This document shows, in pieces, positions 15,255-28,959 of a stretch of 64,000 nt of DNA. The position numbers and the translations under genes are program-made. The notes under the pieces were generated by a model. That model saw nothing but the letters and a program-made list of their open reading frames with translations. It had not been told where the DNA came from and ran no database searches. The stretch's first letter is position 1; each line of letters opens with the position of its first letter. The DNA is taken from the NCBI RefSeq assembly GCF_009914755.1, contig NC_060931.1; one strand, 5' to 3'. This DNA is from the human T2T-CHM13v2.0 reference genome, Homo sapiens.

Positions 15255-17665
15255 TCTTATACCCAAACTTCATTCCTTCCGTTCTCTTATACTCTAATCT
15301 ACTCAATCAGCAAACCCTCTTTTCAATTTCAAAATATATCTCAAATGCATCACTGCATTCCTTCTCTAATACCAGTTTCTAAATCTAAATTGTCATCTCC
15401 TGTCTGGATTTTCGTGGTAGTGATAGCAGTGGTGGCCCACCTGGAGTGGCCACTGCCATGACACCAGCTGAAGTGGAGGAGGTACAGCCACGGCTGCCCA
15501 ATCCATGGAGTCGGTGGGAGATAGGAACAGGTGGAAGCCCTATCCCCTTCCAAGTTGGAGAGGCAGGATCTCCGCCTACACGGGTGCAGCTGCAGCTGCC
15601 AGCCATGGCTGCAGACCCAGGAATCTCTGCACTTTCTGAGGCCTTGGAAGCCTACTTGCCCCCACAAGCTTGGAAGTGCCTGCTCCCACTGTCTGGCCTC
15701 TCCCAGCTCCAGGCGCCCGCTCTGATTTCAGAGCAAAGTTGTAGCTGAGCCCCCACACTGTAACAACCTGGCCAGGTGTGTGCTCACTTGGGGCAGTGCT
15801 GACACACCAGCTCCCTGCCACCTCAGCCCCCTATAGACTTTGGGCACCAACAAGCAGGAGAGGGAGCCTGGGGAATGCTAGAGGCAGTTTGGTGTGGGCC
15901 TGCAGGCACACCTCGGCATGAGCAGCCTGGGCACTTTGGGCACCATGGATGGAAGGTTAATGGTGGCAAAAGGCAGATAGGCTCCTGAGAAGAAAGGGGC
16001 AGGTCCCTGGTGAAACCCCTCCTCGGGCCAGGGATGGCCTGAAGCCTGGAGGACGGGCTGCCAGTTCTGTGGACTTATGATGCTTTTTCTAGCCTTCCCA
16101 AGGCCACCCATGGACCAATCAGCATGCACTTCCTTCGCTCTGAAGCCCATAGAAACTGTGCACTCAGCCAGACTCAGGCAGAGGATGGGAGGACCTGCCC
16201 GTGGAGAGTAACTACGCACGGTGGGTCTCCTCTCTGCTGAGAGCTGAGCAGATGACAGGAGACCTGCCTGTGGGGAGGATCTACCCACTCTGGGTCTCCT
16301 CTCTGCTGAGAACGGAGCAGACAACAAGACTGTCTGCCTGCAGAGAGGAGCTACCCACTGTGGGTTTCTTCTGAGCTGTTCCGTCGCTCAGTAAAACACC
16401 TCTTCACCTTGCTCACCCTCCACTTGTCCACAAACCTTAGTCTTCCTGGACTTGGGACAAGAACTCAGGACCCACCAAATGGCAGGACCAAAAGAGCTAT
16501 AACACAAACAGAGCTGAAACACACCGCTTGCTCGCCACATTGTGGGTAACAAGAAGGAGAGAAGAGAGGAGAGAAGAGTTGCAGCCACATCGCGGGTGAC
16601 AAGAAGGAGAGAAGACAGAAGAGCTGAGGCCTAGACCTAGGAGCTCCCCAAGAGAGGGCTGTAACACTCTCTTTGCAGCTCTGTGATTCCTGGCATCTCC
16701 AAACTTCCAGGCACCACCATGTTTCCCGGTGCCAGCTGTAGAAGCTACTTGTGGTACACCTGGTCCAGCCGCAGCCTCACAGGAAGCCGGCACCCATGCC
16801 GGTGCCTGGAGATGCCTGCCCTGCCACAGCCAGCATGTCTAACTGTGCGCAGGAGCCAGACCCCATGCTTGCTAGCTCACACACCCCCACCACTCCATGA
16901 CTGGCTCACCCTTGGCAGATGTAGGATCCAGGCCAAATAGCATGAGCCAAGCACAGTCTGCCAGGCCAAGTGGGTGAAATGAGTTCAGTGGGCTCAAGCA
17001 AAACTCAGGCAATGGTGCCACTGACCACAGCGGTTTCCGACTGGAAAAGTGACACCCCAAGGATCCCATAACTTTAGCCTTTTAAGTGGCTCTCCTGAGT
17101 CTTTTCTTCTCCAAATCATTCTCCATAAAGCAGCAGCCAAAATATTCTTTAATATAAAATATATTGCTCTTCCACCTAATACCTTCAATGGCTTATCATT
17201 GCAGTTAAAATATATGGCTCTTCTTTAACGCTTACAGTTCATCTCATACAATGTTTTTTAAAAGGTATGTTGTTCATTGACTATGCCAAGCTCTTAACCA
17301 TCATGGTTCATCTTATTTCCTTGTCTCTACTGAAACCCCTTCTTCCATGAATACTCACATTGCTGCTCTCTTCTCGAAGAAGCCTTTCTCACTAACGCAT
17401 CTCAGTCTTTCCCTTTCCACAGACATATCCCAGAGGAATAGGTCTATCCCATTACCTTATTTATTTTTCTCATAGCACTTATCAAAATCGAAATTCGTTG
17501 GAGTTATTTCTTGATTCATTGTTTATTTCCAAACCTACACACATTAGAACATATTATCCTTCATGGCTAGCATGGAGAAACATTTCTTCCTTGTTCACCT
17601 GCCTCCAATTTTAAGATAATATCTAGCCCATACTAGACACTCACTAAAATGTTTATTGAAATAAA
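15255..17665 (+). mobile_element. L2 fragment split by the MER52 LTR (15255-15420 and 17074-17665)
   Basis: L2 sequence is collinear across the LTR and ends aaatgtttattgaa. Confidence 0.7.
15421..17073 (+). mobile_element. MER52-family solo LTR (ERV1)
   Basis: Starts tgatagcagtggtggccc, ends ggatcccataac(t); ~1.65 kb and GC-rich; three ~68-bp internal repeats at ~16190-16380; degenerate TSD gtag/ttag. Confidence 0.85.
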
Positions 17666-18094
17666 AATTCTTTCTAAAAATTATTTCTACTACTACTGTG
17701 GAGGCCTGTGGGAAACAAACATGTACTGAACAGGTATTGAACCTATGTTTTCTGAAGCTTTTAGGTGCGAGTAATGAGTATATGATATTAAAGAGGAAAA
17801 TCCCCAGTTAGTTCAAGATGATGTGTTCATTTGCTCCTTAGGTCATGATTCATACATAAATGAATATCATTAGTCATAAGTTAAAAAAAGAAACACTGAT
17901 ATGTTTCAATATAAATACTACCACCACATAGCTAAACAAATCAAATTTTTATTTGCCCAGTGACATCAATACCCAAAAATATAGTATTGTGTCAAAAGAT
18001 CTTGAAAAGAGAGATTGTATGAGAAAAATGTAAAGGTATTAGCTAGACTAAAGTGAGAATTATTTCTGAATTTTAACTAGAAACAATAATTTCC

Positions 18095-18710
18095 ACATCA
18101 CTCTGAATTGTTTTAATATAAGAGGAACCCAATATAAGTAGCAAATAAAAGGAAACAGCCTTACACTCAAAGGAAATTTCTGTTCCTCTAAAGCAGCAGG
18201 AATACCTGATTCAAAACGTCGTGATCAATGTGGAACTCTCTTCACTCACATACACGTATGTACAGACCTTAGCCATGGCTGCATCAGATTCTGTGTGTCC
18301 AGGCTTATTCTCACATTGTTGAGTTCCCAACCCTAAGTATGTTGAGCATATGCACAGTGCGAGGAAGGATGATATTACCTCTTCTGGTATTCTCTCTTAA
18401 AAGAACTAAAATCCTTTCTCAGAAGTCTCTCTCAAGCATTTTTCTTATATCCTTTTGACCCAAATTGGGTCACATGTCATCAGGGAATGCCAGGTACTGT
18501 TTCATTTAGCCTTGTTTCCTTGGCCAGTCACTGGTCGCGGGTGTGAGGATATACTTACCCTTAAACTAATCAAGCCCATTCTGAGAGCCCAGGGACAATT
18601 TCACCTGATACAAAACAGCCACACGGATGAAGAATGAGGGACAAAAACTCTTTAAGAAGACAAATGGGTGGTGACTTGGGAACCAACATTTTTCAGTAAA
18701 GTCTGCAATA
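18095..18710 (-). mobile_element. Old MaLR LTR (MLT1J/K/L-like)
   Basis: Motifs ttgacccaaattgggtcacatg, ccagtcactgg, gtctgcaata. Confidence 0.6.
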
Positions 18711-19509
18711 ATAAATTCCAACTTCTGATCTCCCACATCATAAACTATTTTCAGCCATCCCACCACTGGCCCACTTAAGTTCATATCTGTCTGATATTTA
18801 ATAATGATCTCAAAAATTCTAGAGAGCCTTTCTGGTAATATATTCTCATGCATTCTGTGATAATCACGCAAGACTAACTCCTAACAAAGTCACAGAAATG
18901 AAAGCTTTGAAACTCAGTAACCTATCGTGTTTTCACAGGGATGAATGATCAGAAAGTATTTGAGGACTAAGCATTCAGTCACAATGCCTGAAAGAATAAA
19001 GATTATAAAGTAAGGATGGCAATTGTCCAGCAATTATCTGGTCTCAATTGTTTCCTGAGAATTTTGCCATTTCTGTTTGCAAAGCAGTAATTGACATTGT
19101 TTAGAGGAGACAAATCATTTTGCATTCCTCTTGGCAGCTTTAAAATGACAAAACAAATTTCCTACAAGACCTTGTTTTTTCTCCAAGTTTATTTCTTGCT
19201 GAAATTAAATATCTATGTTTTTCAGTCATTATGAGTCATAAAACAATGCCCAAATATTGACTACTATAATATTATCTACAAAACCAAACTGAGTTCTTCT
19301 AAAGATCTGAGGTCACTCAATGACATTTACCTCCAGATGATAGTAATATCTTCAGATTTCTAGATGGCATGTATCTTTTAAGGTCATAATGCTGATTGCT
19401 GCTATCTAAATAATTGACCACCTGGAAACCAGGCAATTGAATTATAACAAGGTTTTGTGGTATTGTTTAAGCTTTAAAAAATCAAATGAATAAACTAAAA
19501 AACAAAACT

Positions 19510-19680
19510 GTGATTTAAGAGTAGTGTTGAACATTTATTGAACATCTATTATCAGTTAGGCAAAGTATTAAGAATTTACACACTATAAGTATTGGATAGG
19601 AAATTATTAGTCTACATCTATATATCACAAAATATTGGATAAAATGTCTTAAGTGCCTCAACGCAAAGACTCGCTAATGT
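19510..19680 (-). mobile_element. MIR fragment
   Basis: aacatttattgaacatcta...; very degenerate. Confidence 0.45.
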
Positions 19681-19782
19681 GCCTTTTGGCCTTTGTTTTC
19701 AAAAAAGTGGTTTTCCAATGAGGTAGTCTCTATATATGGAACTTGTCCTATAAAGCATAGCATCAGTAAGGAAACAACTCCA

Positions 19783-20086
19783 GACCAAGCGCAGTGGCTC
19801 ACGCCTGTAATCCCAGCACTTTGGGAGCCTGAGGCAGGTGGATCACCTGAGGTTAGGAGTTCAAGACAAGCCTGGCCAACATGGTGAAACCCCATCTCTA
19901 CTAAAAATGCAAAAATTAGCTGGGCATGGTGGCAGTTGCCTGTAATTTCATCTACTCGGGAGGCTGAGGCAAGAGAATGACTTGAACCCAAGAGGCAAGG
20001 CTGCAGTGAGCTGAGATTGTGCCACTGCACTCCAGCCTGGGCAGCAGAGCAAGACTCCATCTCAAAAAAACAAAACAAAACAAAGA
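19783..20086 (+). mobile_element. AluSx-like
   Basis: Full dimer; (CAAAA)n tail; TSD core aactcca. Confidence 0.93.
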
Positions 20087-20141
20087 AAACTCCAAATGAT
20101 ATTTTTGATTTGGTGTTTGATTTTTTGAAAAGTAGATCTAT

Positions 20142-20145
20142 GTTA

Positions 20146-20179
<34 letters not shown>

Positions 20180-20457
20180 GACAGAATCTTGCTCTGTCGC
20201 CTAGGCTGAAGTGCAATGGCATGATCTCAGTTCACTGCAACCTCCGTCTCCTAGGTTCAAGCTATTCTCCCCCCTCAGCCTGCTGAGTAGGTAGGATTAC
20301 AGGCCCCTGCCACCATGCCCGGTTAATTTTTGTATTTTTAGTAGAGATGGGGTTTCATCATGTTGACCAGGCTGGTCTCAAACTCCTGGCCTCTTGATCC
20401 ACCCGCCTCTGCCTCCCAAAGTGCTGGGATTACAGGCATAAGCCACCATACCTGGCC
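20142..20457 (-). mobile_element. AluS with (TTA)n microsatellite tail
   Basis: Reverse-oriented full dimer; TSD core gttatt. Confidence 0.93.
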
Positions 20458-22164
20458 GTTATTTTTGTAACTAAAATAAATAAAATTGAAATGTGAAAAA
20501 TGCCATTTATTTATAATAAATGAGGTAAGATTAATAAATGTTTATAAGACATGAAAAAATAACTACTAATATCTTTAGTTGCTAAGTACAAAATAATATT
20601 TTAGCTTGGTTTTTTGGATGAATAGGACTTTACCAAGCATTATAAATAAAATGGTGTGGCGGGAAGGAATTACATGTATCTATATCGGTTATTAATATAA
20701 CTAGAAATCTATTGCATTGAAAGACAAAACATATCAGGGTAAGATAATAGAATAACTTATTCTATTAGAATGTAGAAAAACTTATGATGAGAAATATAAT
20801 GTGTTAAGTCAATGAATTGAAGGAAACCTATCTCTGAGACATTGTAGAAAAGCGGATAAGAACAAATAGCTATCACAGCTGCAGTTTGATGCAAGAGAGA
20901 AGAAAGTATGAATAATGTCAGCCAACTTTATTCAGAGGAGCTCTGGAGAGGCATTTGGAAGGAGAGAGAGCAGTAGGTATCAGATTAGACCATTAAGGGG
21001 ATGAATCTGTGTTTGGGAGGAAGAGGTTGTACTATGTCTCAGTGTATAGGAACGCTTAGGGTTCTGCAAACTCATTGTTATGAAAGAAAACATGAGGTTC
21101 CAAGGTGACCATTTAGAGAGATGTTAAAAAATTAGAAAACAAGCATATTTTGCAATTACCCATGAAATAGTGCTATGCAAATGTTCAGTCCGGGTCTAGG
21201 TTGGATTTCCCTTTGAAAATAAAACTCTGAAGCACAAAAGAGTTTCTATTTTAAAAAATAAATTCTATTTCTATAAAATTCAACCTCAGCAAGTATTACT
21301 ATCAATATAACACTAGACTTGAGTGTTCATTTATATATCAATAGAATTTAGTAGGTCTTTTTAAAAATTAATATATAATTTTATTTCATTTCTGAGAAAA
21401 ACAACTGTTATAAAACACCACAGAACACTACAAAAACAGTGATTATAATCTTTTCAAGTTTATAAAGGTTGTATTAGGTTTATGACACATAATCTGCTTC
21501 TATTCATATTCTTTAAAAGCAATGTGCCTGAATATATGCACATACTCACAGTCTTTTCTCATAAAATTACAGATTAAGTATTATTTTAAACATCTAGGAA
21601 GCTGTGAATGGATAACTTGTTGACGTACTACATTTAAAAGTGTACATCCTTGCTTATACCCTTAGCATTAAGTAATCATTACTTAGTGTTCATAGATAAA
21701 ACACTTTTGTGTTTTCAGTAGAAATTCCCTGAAAAAGATTCTGTTAATTGCTGAAATATTTCTGGGTAAATAGCAAAATATAGTCCATACAAGTTACAGA
21801 ACAAATGTGCCACCTGGAGTCTTTGCTAACATTTACTATTTTGTATTTATCAAAATTCTTGGTATTGTATTAAATTCAGAGTTTTCCAATAACCACCTAG
21901 AAATGAACCATTCTGTAGCTATTTGAGACATTTTAACCCAAATCATCTCATCGATTTATAAAATAATGTTCAGTAATACATCTTTCATTAGTTTATGCCT
22001 CTCTGGAAAAAAATATCAGAGGTCAGGTGGGTGAAGCTACTAAAGACAAAAGCACAACACAATGATATGGAAATAATCTTCTTTGTAAAATGTTTAGACT
22101 CCTTCAAATGTATATACACAGGCTTAAATGCCTGAATAATATTGCAGAATTGAACATTTCTTAA

Positions 22165-25100
22165 CTTTTTAAAAATTTTCCAACTATTAAATTCAGGGGT
22201 ACATGTGCAGAATGTGCAGGTGTTTTACATAGGTAAATGTGTGCCAGGGTGGTTGGCTGCAGATCATACCATTATCCAGGTATTAAGCTCAGCATCCATT
22301 AGCTATTCTTCCTGATCCTCTCCCTTCTCCCATCCTGCTGCCCTTCAATAGGCCCCAGTGTGTGCTGTTCCCCACCATGTGTTCATGTCTTCTCATCATT
22401 TAGCTCCAAGTTACAACTGAGAACATGTGGTATTTGGTTTCCTTTTCCTGCATTAGTTTGCTAAGGGTGATGGCCTCCAGCTCTATCCATGTCCCTGCAA
22501 GGGACATGATCTCATTCCTTTTTATGTCTGCATAGTATTCCATGATATATATGTACCACATTTTCTTTATCCAGTCTAACATTATTGAGCATTTAGTTTG
22601 ATTCCATGTCTTTGCTATTGTGAATAGTGCTGCAATGAAAATACATATCCATGTGTCTTTATAATAGAATGACTTATATTCCTTTGAGTATATACCCAGT
22701 AATGAGATTGCTGGGTCAAATTGTATTTCTGCTTCTAGGTCTTTGAGAAATTGCCACGCTGTCTTCAACAGTGGTTGAACTAATTTACACCCCCCACCAA
22801 CAGTGTAAAAGCATTCCTTTTTCGCCACAACCTTACCAGCATCTATTATTTTTTGACTTTTTAGTAATAGTCATTCTGACTGGTGTGAGATGGTGTCTCA
22901 TTCCGGTTTTGATGTGCATTTCTCTAATGACCAGTGATATTGAGCTTTTTTTCATGTTTCTTGGCCACAGGTATGTGTTCTTTTGAGAAGTGTCTGTACA
23001 TGTCCTTGGCCTACTTTTTGTTTGTTTATTTTTTGTAAATTTGTTTAAGCTCCTTATCGATGCTGGACATTAGACCTTTGTAAGATGGATAGTGTGCAAA
23101 TTTTTTCTCCCATTCTGTAGGTTGTCTGTTTACTCTGTTGATAGTTTCTTTTGCTATGCAGAAGCTCTTTAGTTTAATTAGATCCCATTTGTCAATTTTG
23201 GCTTTTGTTGCAGTTGCCTGCAATCTTTGCCAGTATGTATGTCCTGATTGGTATTGCCTAGGTTTATTTCTAGAGTTTTTATACTTTTGAGTTTTACACT
23301 TAAGTCTTTAATCCATATTAAGTTTATTTTTGTATATGGTATAAGAAAAAGATCCAGTTTCAATTTTATGCATATGGCTAGCCAGTTCTCCTGGCACCAT
23401 TTATTAAATAGGGATTCCTTTTCCCATTGTTTTTGTCAGGTTTTTAGATGATCAGATGGTTGTATGTGTGTGGGCTTAATCCTGGGTACTCTGTTCTGTT
23501 CCACTGGTCTATGTGTCTGTTCTTGTACCACTACCATGCTGTTTTGGTTACTGTAGCCCTGTGGCATAGTTTGAAGTTGGGTAGCATGATTCCTCCAGTT
23601 TTGCTCATTTTGCATAGGATTATATTGGCTATTTGGGCTCTTTTTTGGATCCATATGAATTTCAAAATAGCTTTTTCTAATTCTGTGAAGAATGTCAGTG
23701 GTAGTTTAATGGCAATAGCATTAAATCTATAAATAGCCTTGGGCAGTATGGGCATTTTCATGATATTTGTTCTTCCTATCCATGAGAATGGGATATTTTT
23801 CCATTTGTTTGTGTCCTCTCTGAATTCTTTGTACAGTGGTTTGTAGTTTCCCTTAAAGAGGACCTTCACTTCCCTTGTTAGATGTATTTCTAGCTATTTT
23901 ATTATTTTTGTGGCAATTATGAATGGGAGTTCCTTCGTGCTTTGGCTCTTGGCTTGCCTGTTGGTGTATAGGAAGGCTCATAATTTTTGCACATTGATTT
24001 TGTGTACTGGGACTTTGCTGAAGTTGGTTATCAGCTTACAAAGCTTTTGGGCTGGGACAATAGGGTTTTCTAGAGATAGGATCCTGTCATCTGCAAACAA
24101 AGATAGTTTTACTTGCTCTCCTCCTATATTGAATACACTTTATTTCTTTCTCATGTTTGAGTGCCCTGGCCAGAACTTCCAATATTACGTTGAATAGGAG
24201 TGGTAAGAGAGGGCTAACTTGTCTTGGGCCACTTTTCAAGGGGAATGCTTCCAGCTTTTGCCCATTCAGTATGACATTGGCTGTGGGTTTGTCATAAATA
24301 GCTATTATTTTAAGGTATGTTCCTTCAGTACCTAGTTTATTGAGAGGTTTTAACATGCAGCAATGTTGAATTTTATCGAAGGCTTTTTCTGCATCTATTG
24401 AAATAATCATGTGGTTTTTGTCTCTGGTTCTGTTCATATGATGAATCACATTTATTGACTGGCATATGTTCAACCAGCATTGCATCATGGGGATGAAGCC
24501 TACTTGATCATGGTGAATAAGCTTTTCGATGTGCTGTTGGATTTGGTTTGCCAGTATTTTATTGAGGATTTTTGCACTGATGTTCATCAAGGATATTGGC
24601 ATGAAGTTTTCTTTTTTTATTGTATCTCTGCCAGGTTTTGGTATAAGGATGATGAAAGCCTCATGGAATGAGTTAGGTAGGAGTCCCTCCTTTGTTGTAA
24701 TAGTTTCTGTACGAATGCTACCAGCTCTTCCTTGTACATCTGGTAGAATTCAGCTGTGAATCCATCTGGTCCTGGGCTTTTTTTAGTTGGTAGTCTATTT
24801 ATTACTGCCTCAATTTCAAACTTGTTATTGATCTATTCAGGAATTCAATTTCTTCCTGGTTCAGTCTTGGGAGGGTGTATGTGTCCAGGAATTTATCCAT
24901 TTCTTCTAGATTTTCTAGTTTATGTGCCTAAAGGTGTTTATAGTATTCTCTGATGGTTGTTTGTACTTCTGTGGGTCATTGGTGCTCTCCCCCTTATCAT
25001 TTCTGATTGTGTCTATTTGGTTCTTCTCTCTTTTCTTTTTTATTAGTCTAGCTAGCATTCTATTTTATTAGTTTTCGCAAAAAAACAGTTCATGGATTCA

Positions 25101-28100
25101 TTGAGTTTTTGAAGGTATTTTTGTGTCTCTATCTCTTTCAGTTCCCCTCTTATCTTGGTTATTTCTTGTCTTCTGCTAGCTTTGAGGTTTGTTTGCTCTT
25201 GTTTCCCTAGTTCTTTTAGCCATAATGTTAGGTTGTTGATTTGAAATATTTCTAAATTTTCAATGTGTGCATTTAGTGCTATGAAATTTCCCTCTTAATG
25301 CTGCCTTAACTGTGTCCCAGAGATTCTGCCATCTTTTATCTTTGTTCTCATTAATTTCAAATAACTTCTTGATTTCCACCTTAATTTCATTATTTATCCA
25401 AGAGCCATTCAGGAGCAGGTTGTTCAATTTCCATGTAGTTGTGTGGTTTTGTGTGAGTTTCTTAATCTCAAGTTCTAGTTTGATTGTGCTGTAGTCTGAG
25501 AGACTGCTATGATTTCAGTTCTTTTGCATTTGCTAAGGAGTGTTTCACTTCCAACTACATGGTCAATTTTAGAGTAAGTGCCATGTGGTGATAAGAATAA
25601 TGTATATTCTGTTGTTCCAAGGTGGAGCGTTCTGTAGATATCTATCAAGTCCACTTGAGTTCGGGTCCTGAATATCTTTGCTAATTTTCTGTCTCAATGA
25701 TCTAATTTTGTCAGTGGGGTGTTAAAGTATCTCACTAATATTGTGTGGGAGTCTAAGCCTCTTTGAAGGTCTCTAAAACCTGTTGTATTAATCTGGGTGC
25801 TCCTGTATTGGGTGCATATATATTTAGGATAGTTAGCTCTTCTTGTTGAATTGAACCCTTTACTATTATGTAATGCCCTTCTTTGTCTTTTTTTATCTTT
25901 TTTTGGTTTAGAGTCTTTTTTTTCAGAAACGAGGATTGCAATCCCTGCTTTTTTCTGTTTTCAATTTGCTTGGTAAATTTTCCTCCATCCCTTTATTTTA
26001 AACCTATGTGTGTCTTTGCACATGGTATAGGTCTCTTAAAGACAACATAACAATAGGGTTTGATTTTTTTTAATCCAGCTTGCCATTCTGTGTCTTATAA
26101 TTGCAGTATTTAGCCCATTTACATTTAAGGTTAATACTATTATGTGTTAATTTGATCCTATAATCATGATGCTAACTGGTTATTTTGCAGACTTGCTTAT
26201 GAAGTTGCTTCATATTGTCACTGGTGTGTGTTTTTGTGGTGGCTGGTATCAGTTTTTTTTTTTTTTTTTTTCCATATTTAGTGTTTCCTTCAGGAGTTCT
26301 TGCAAAGCACGTCTGGTGGTAACAAATTCCCTTAGCATTTGCTTGTCTGAAAGGGATCTTATATCCCTTTGCTTATGAAGCTTAGTTTGGCTGGGTTGGA
26401 AATTCATTTTTTTAATAATGTTGAATATTGGCCCACCTATCTCATCTGACTTGAAGGGTTTCCATTGAGAGGTCTGCTGTTAGTCTGATGGGCTTCCCTT
26501 TGTAGGTGACCTAGCCTTTCTCTCTGGCTGCCCTTAACATTTTTTTCTTCATTTTGACCTTGGAGAATCTGATTATTATGTGTCTTGGGGATGATCTTCT
26601 CATGGGGTATCTTACCGTGGTTCTCTGCATTTTCTGAATGTGTATGTTGGCCTGTCCAGCTAGGTAGGGAGAGTTCTCCTGGATGATATTCTGAATATGT
26701 TTTCCAAATTGGTTTAATTTTCCCCATCTCTTTCAGCTACCTCAATCAGTTGTAGATTCAGTCTTTTTATATAATCTCATATTTCTCAGAAGTTTTGTTC
26801 ATTCCTTTTCATTCTTTTTTGTCTATTCTTGTTGGCATGTCTTATTTCAGAAAGATAGACTTGAAGCTCTGAGATTCTTTTTCCACTTGGTGTTCTGCTA
26901 TTAATACTACTGACTGCATTCAGAATTTCTTCTGTGTTTTTCAGCTCTGTTAGGTCAGTTACGTTCCTCTCTATACTGGCTATTTTGGCTGTCAGCCCCT
27001 GCATTGTTTTATCATGATTCTTAGCTTCTTTGCATTGGGTTACAACATGCTCCTTTATCTCAGCAAAGTTATTTTTTTGTGAACATTCTAAAGCCTATTT
27101 CTGTTGTTTCAGCCATCTCAGCCTCAGCCTAGTTCTGAACGCTTGCCGAAGAGGTGTTGCAATCATTTGGAGGAAAGGATGCACTCTGGCTTTTTGAGTT
27201 TTCTGCATTTTTGCACTGATTCTTTCTCATCTTTGTGGGCTTATCTACCTTCAATCTTTGAGGTTACTGACTTTGGATGGGGTTTTAGTTGTTGCTCTTA
27301 TTTGTTTGTTTTTTCTTCTACCAGCCTGGCCACACTTCTGCAGGGCTGCAGAAGTTTTCTGGGGGTCTCTTCTAGACCCTAGTTACTTCACTTTTTCTAG
27401 TATCTGGAGATAGCACCAGTGAAGGCTGCAAAACAACAAAGGTGGCAGACTGCTCCTTCCTCTGTCCCAAGGGGTACTGACCTGCTTCCTGCCAGAACAT
27501 GCCTGTAGGAGGTGGCTGGAGACCCCAGTAGTGAGGTCTCACTCAGTCAGGAGAAATGGAATCACAGACTCTCTTAAAGAAATAGTCTGGCTGCACTTCG
27601 CAAAAGAAGACATTTATGCAGCCAAAAGACACATGAAAAAATGCTCATCATCACTGGCCATCAGAGAAATGCAAATGAAAACCACAATGAGATACTATCT
27701 CATGCCAGTTAGAATGGCGATCATTAAAAAGTCAGGAAACAACAGGTGCTGGAGAGGATGTGGAGAAATAGGAATGCTTTTACACTGTTGGTGGGACTGT
27801 AAACTAGTTCAACCATTGTGGAAGACAGTGTGGCGATTCCTCAAGGATCTAGAACTAGAAATTTGACCCAGCCATCCCATTACTGAGTTTAAACCCAAAG
27901 GATTATAAATCATGCTGCTATAAAGACACATACACACGTATGTTTATTGCAGCACTATTCACAATAGCAAAGACTTGGAAGCAACCCAAATGTCCATCAA
28001 CGATAGACTGGATTAAAAAAATATGGTACATATACACCATTGAATACTTTGCAGCCATAAAAAATGATGAGTTCATGTCCTTTGTAGGGACATGGATGAA

Positions 28101-28660
28101 GATAGAAATCATCATTCTGAGCAAACTATCGCAAGGACAGAAAACCAAACACCGCATGTTCTCACTCATAGGTGGGAACTGAACAATGAGAACACTTGGA
28201 CACAGGGTGGGGAACATCACACACCAGGGCCTGTTGTGGGGTCGGGGGAGGGGAGAGGGATAGCATTAGGAGATGTACCTAATGTAAATGACAAGTTAAT
28301 GGTTGCAGCACACCAACATGGCACATGTATACATATGTAACTAACCTGCACATTGTGCACATGCACCCTAGAACTTAAAGTATAATAAAAAGACAGAAAG
28401 AGTCTGGCTGCATTTTGGTAGAGCGGCTGTGCTGTGTTGGGGATACCTCAACCCGCAATCAGTTTGGGCTCTCCAGGGCCCACAGGCTATACTAGCTGAG
28501 ATGCCCAAACATCAAAGGTGGCAGCCTGCCCTGCCCCCTCGGCACTCCATCCCAGGGAGAAATTAGAACACTGTTGGCAGGAGAACACAGACGAGGGTGG
28601 CTGGAGGCCCCAGCTGGAAGGACCCAGTGAGGAGGAATGGATCCGGCTCCCATTAAAAGC
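22165..28660 (-). mobile_element. L1PA11-13-type LINE-1, near full length, degraded; hosts a nested L1
   Basis: 3' end caggggtacatgtgcag...agcatccattagctattcttcctgat; ORF2 and ORF1 fragments in the track; 5'UTR 27300-28660. Confidence 0.92.
27596..28394 (+). mobile_element. 5'-truncated L1PA4/5-type insertion (~0.8 kb)
   Basis: ORF2 C-terminus plus 3'UTR (aatgtaaatgac, caccaacatgg); TSD agaaa(t/g)agtctggctgca at 27578-27595 and 28395-28412. Confidence 0.95.
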
Positions 28661-28662
28661 TG

Positions 28663-28950
28663 GGCTGGGCATGATGGCTCACATCTGTAATCCCAGCGCT
28701 TTTTGGGGCTAAGTGGGCGGATCACTTGAGGTCAGGAGTTCGGCACCAGCCTGGTCAACATGGCGAAACCCTGTCGTGTTGGTAGGCACCTGTAATCCCA
28801 GCTACTTGGGAGGCTCAGGCAGGAGAATCACTTGAATCCAGAAGGCAGAAGTTGCAGTGAGCTGAGATTACACCACTGCACTCCAGCCTGGGCAACAGAG
28901 GGACTCTGTCTCAAAAAAAAAAAAAAAAGAAAAAAAAGAAAAGAAAGAAA
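28663..28950 (+). mobile_element. AluS lacking the central A-rich linker
   Basis: aaaccctgtc joins directly to gtgttggtaggcacctg; TSD aaaa(g/c)ctgg. Confidence 0.9.
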
Positions 28951-28959
28951 AAAACCTGG

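Noticed and set aside
16190-16380. Three ~68-bp repeats resembling an array
   Set aside because: Degenerate tandem units internal to the LTR; no unique spacers and eukaryotic context, so not CRISPR.
15350-17188. Dense cluster of overlapping ORFs up to 149 aa
   Set aside because: All lie in or overlap the GC-rich MER52 LTR, where low stop-codon density explains them.
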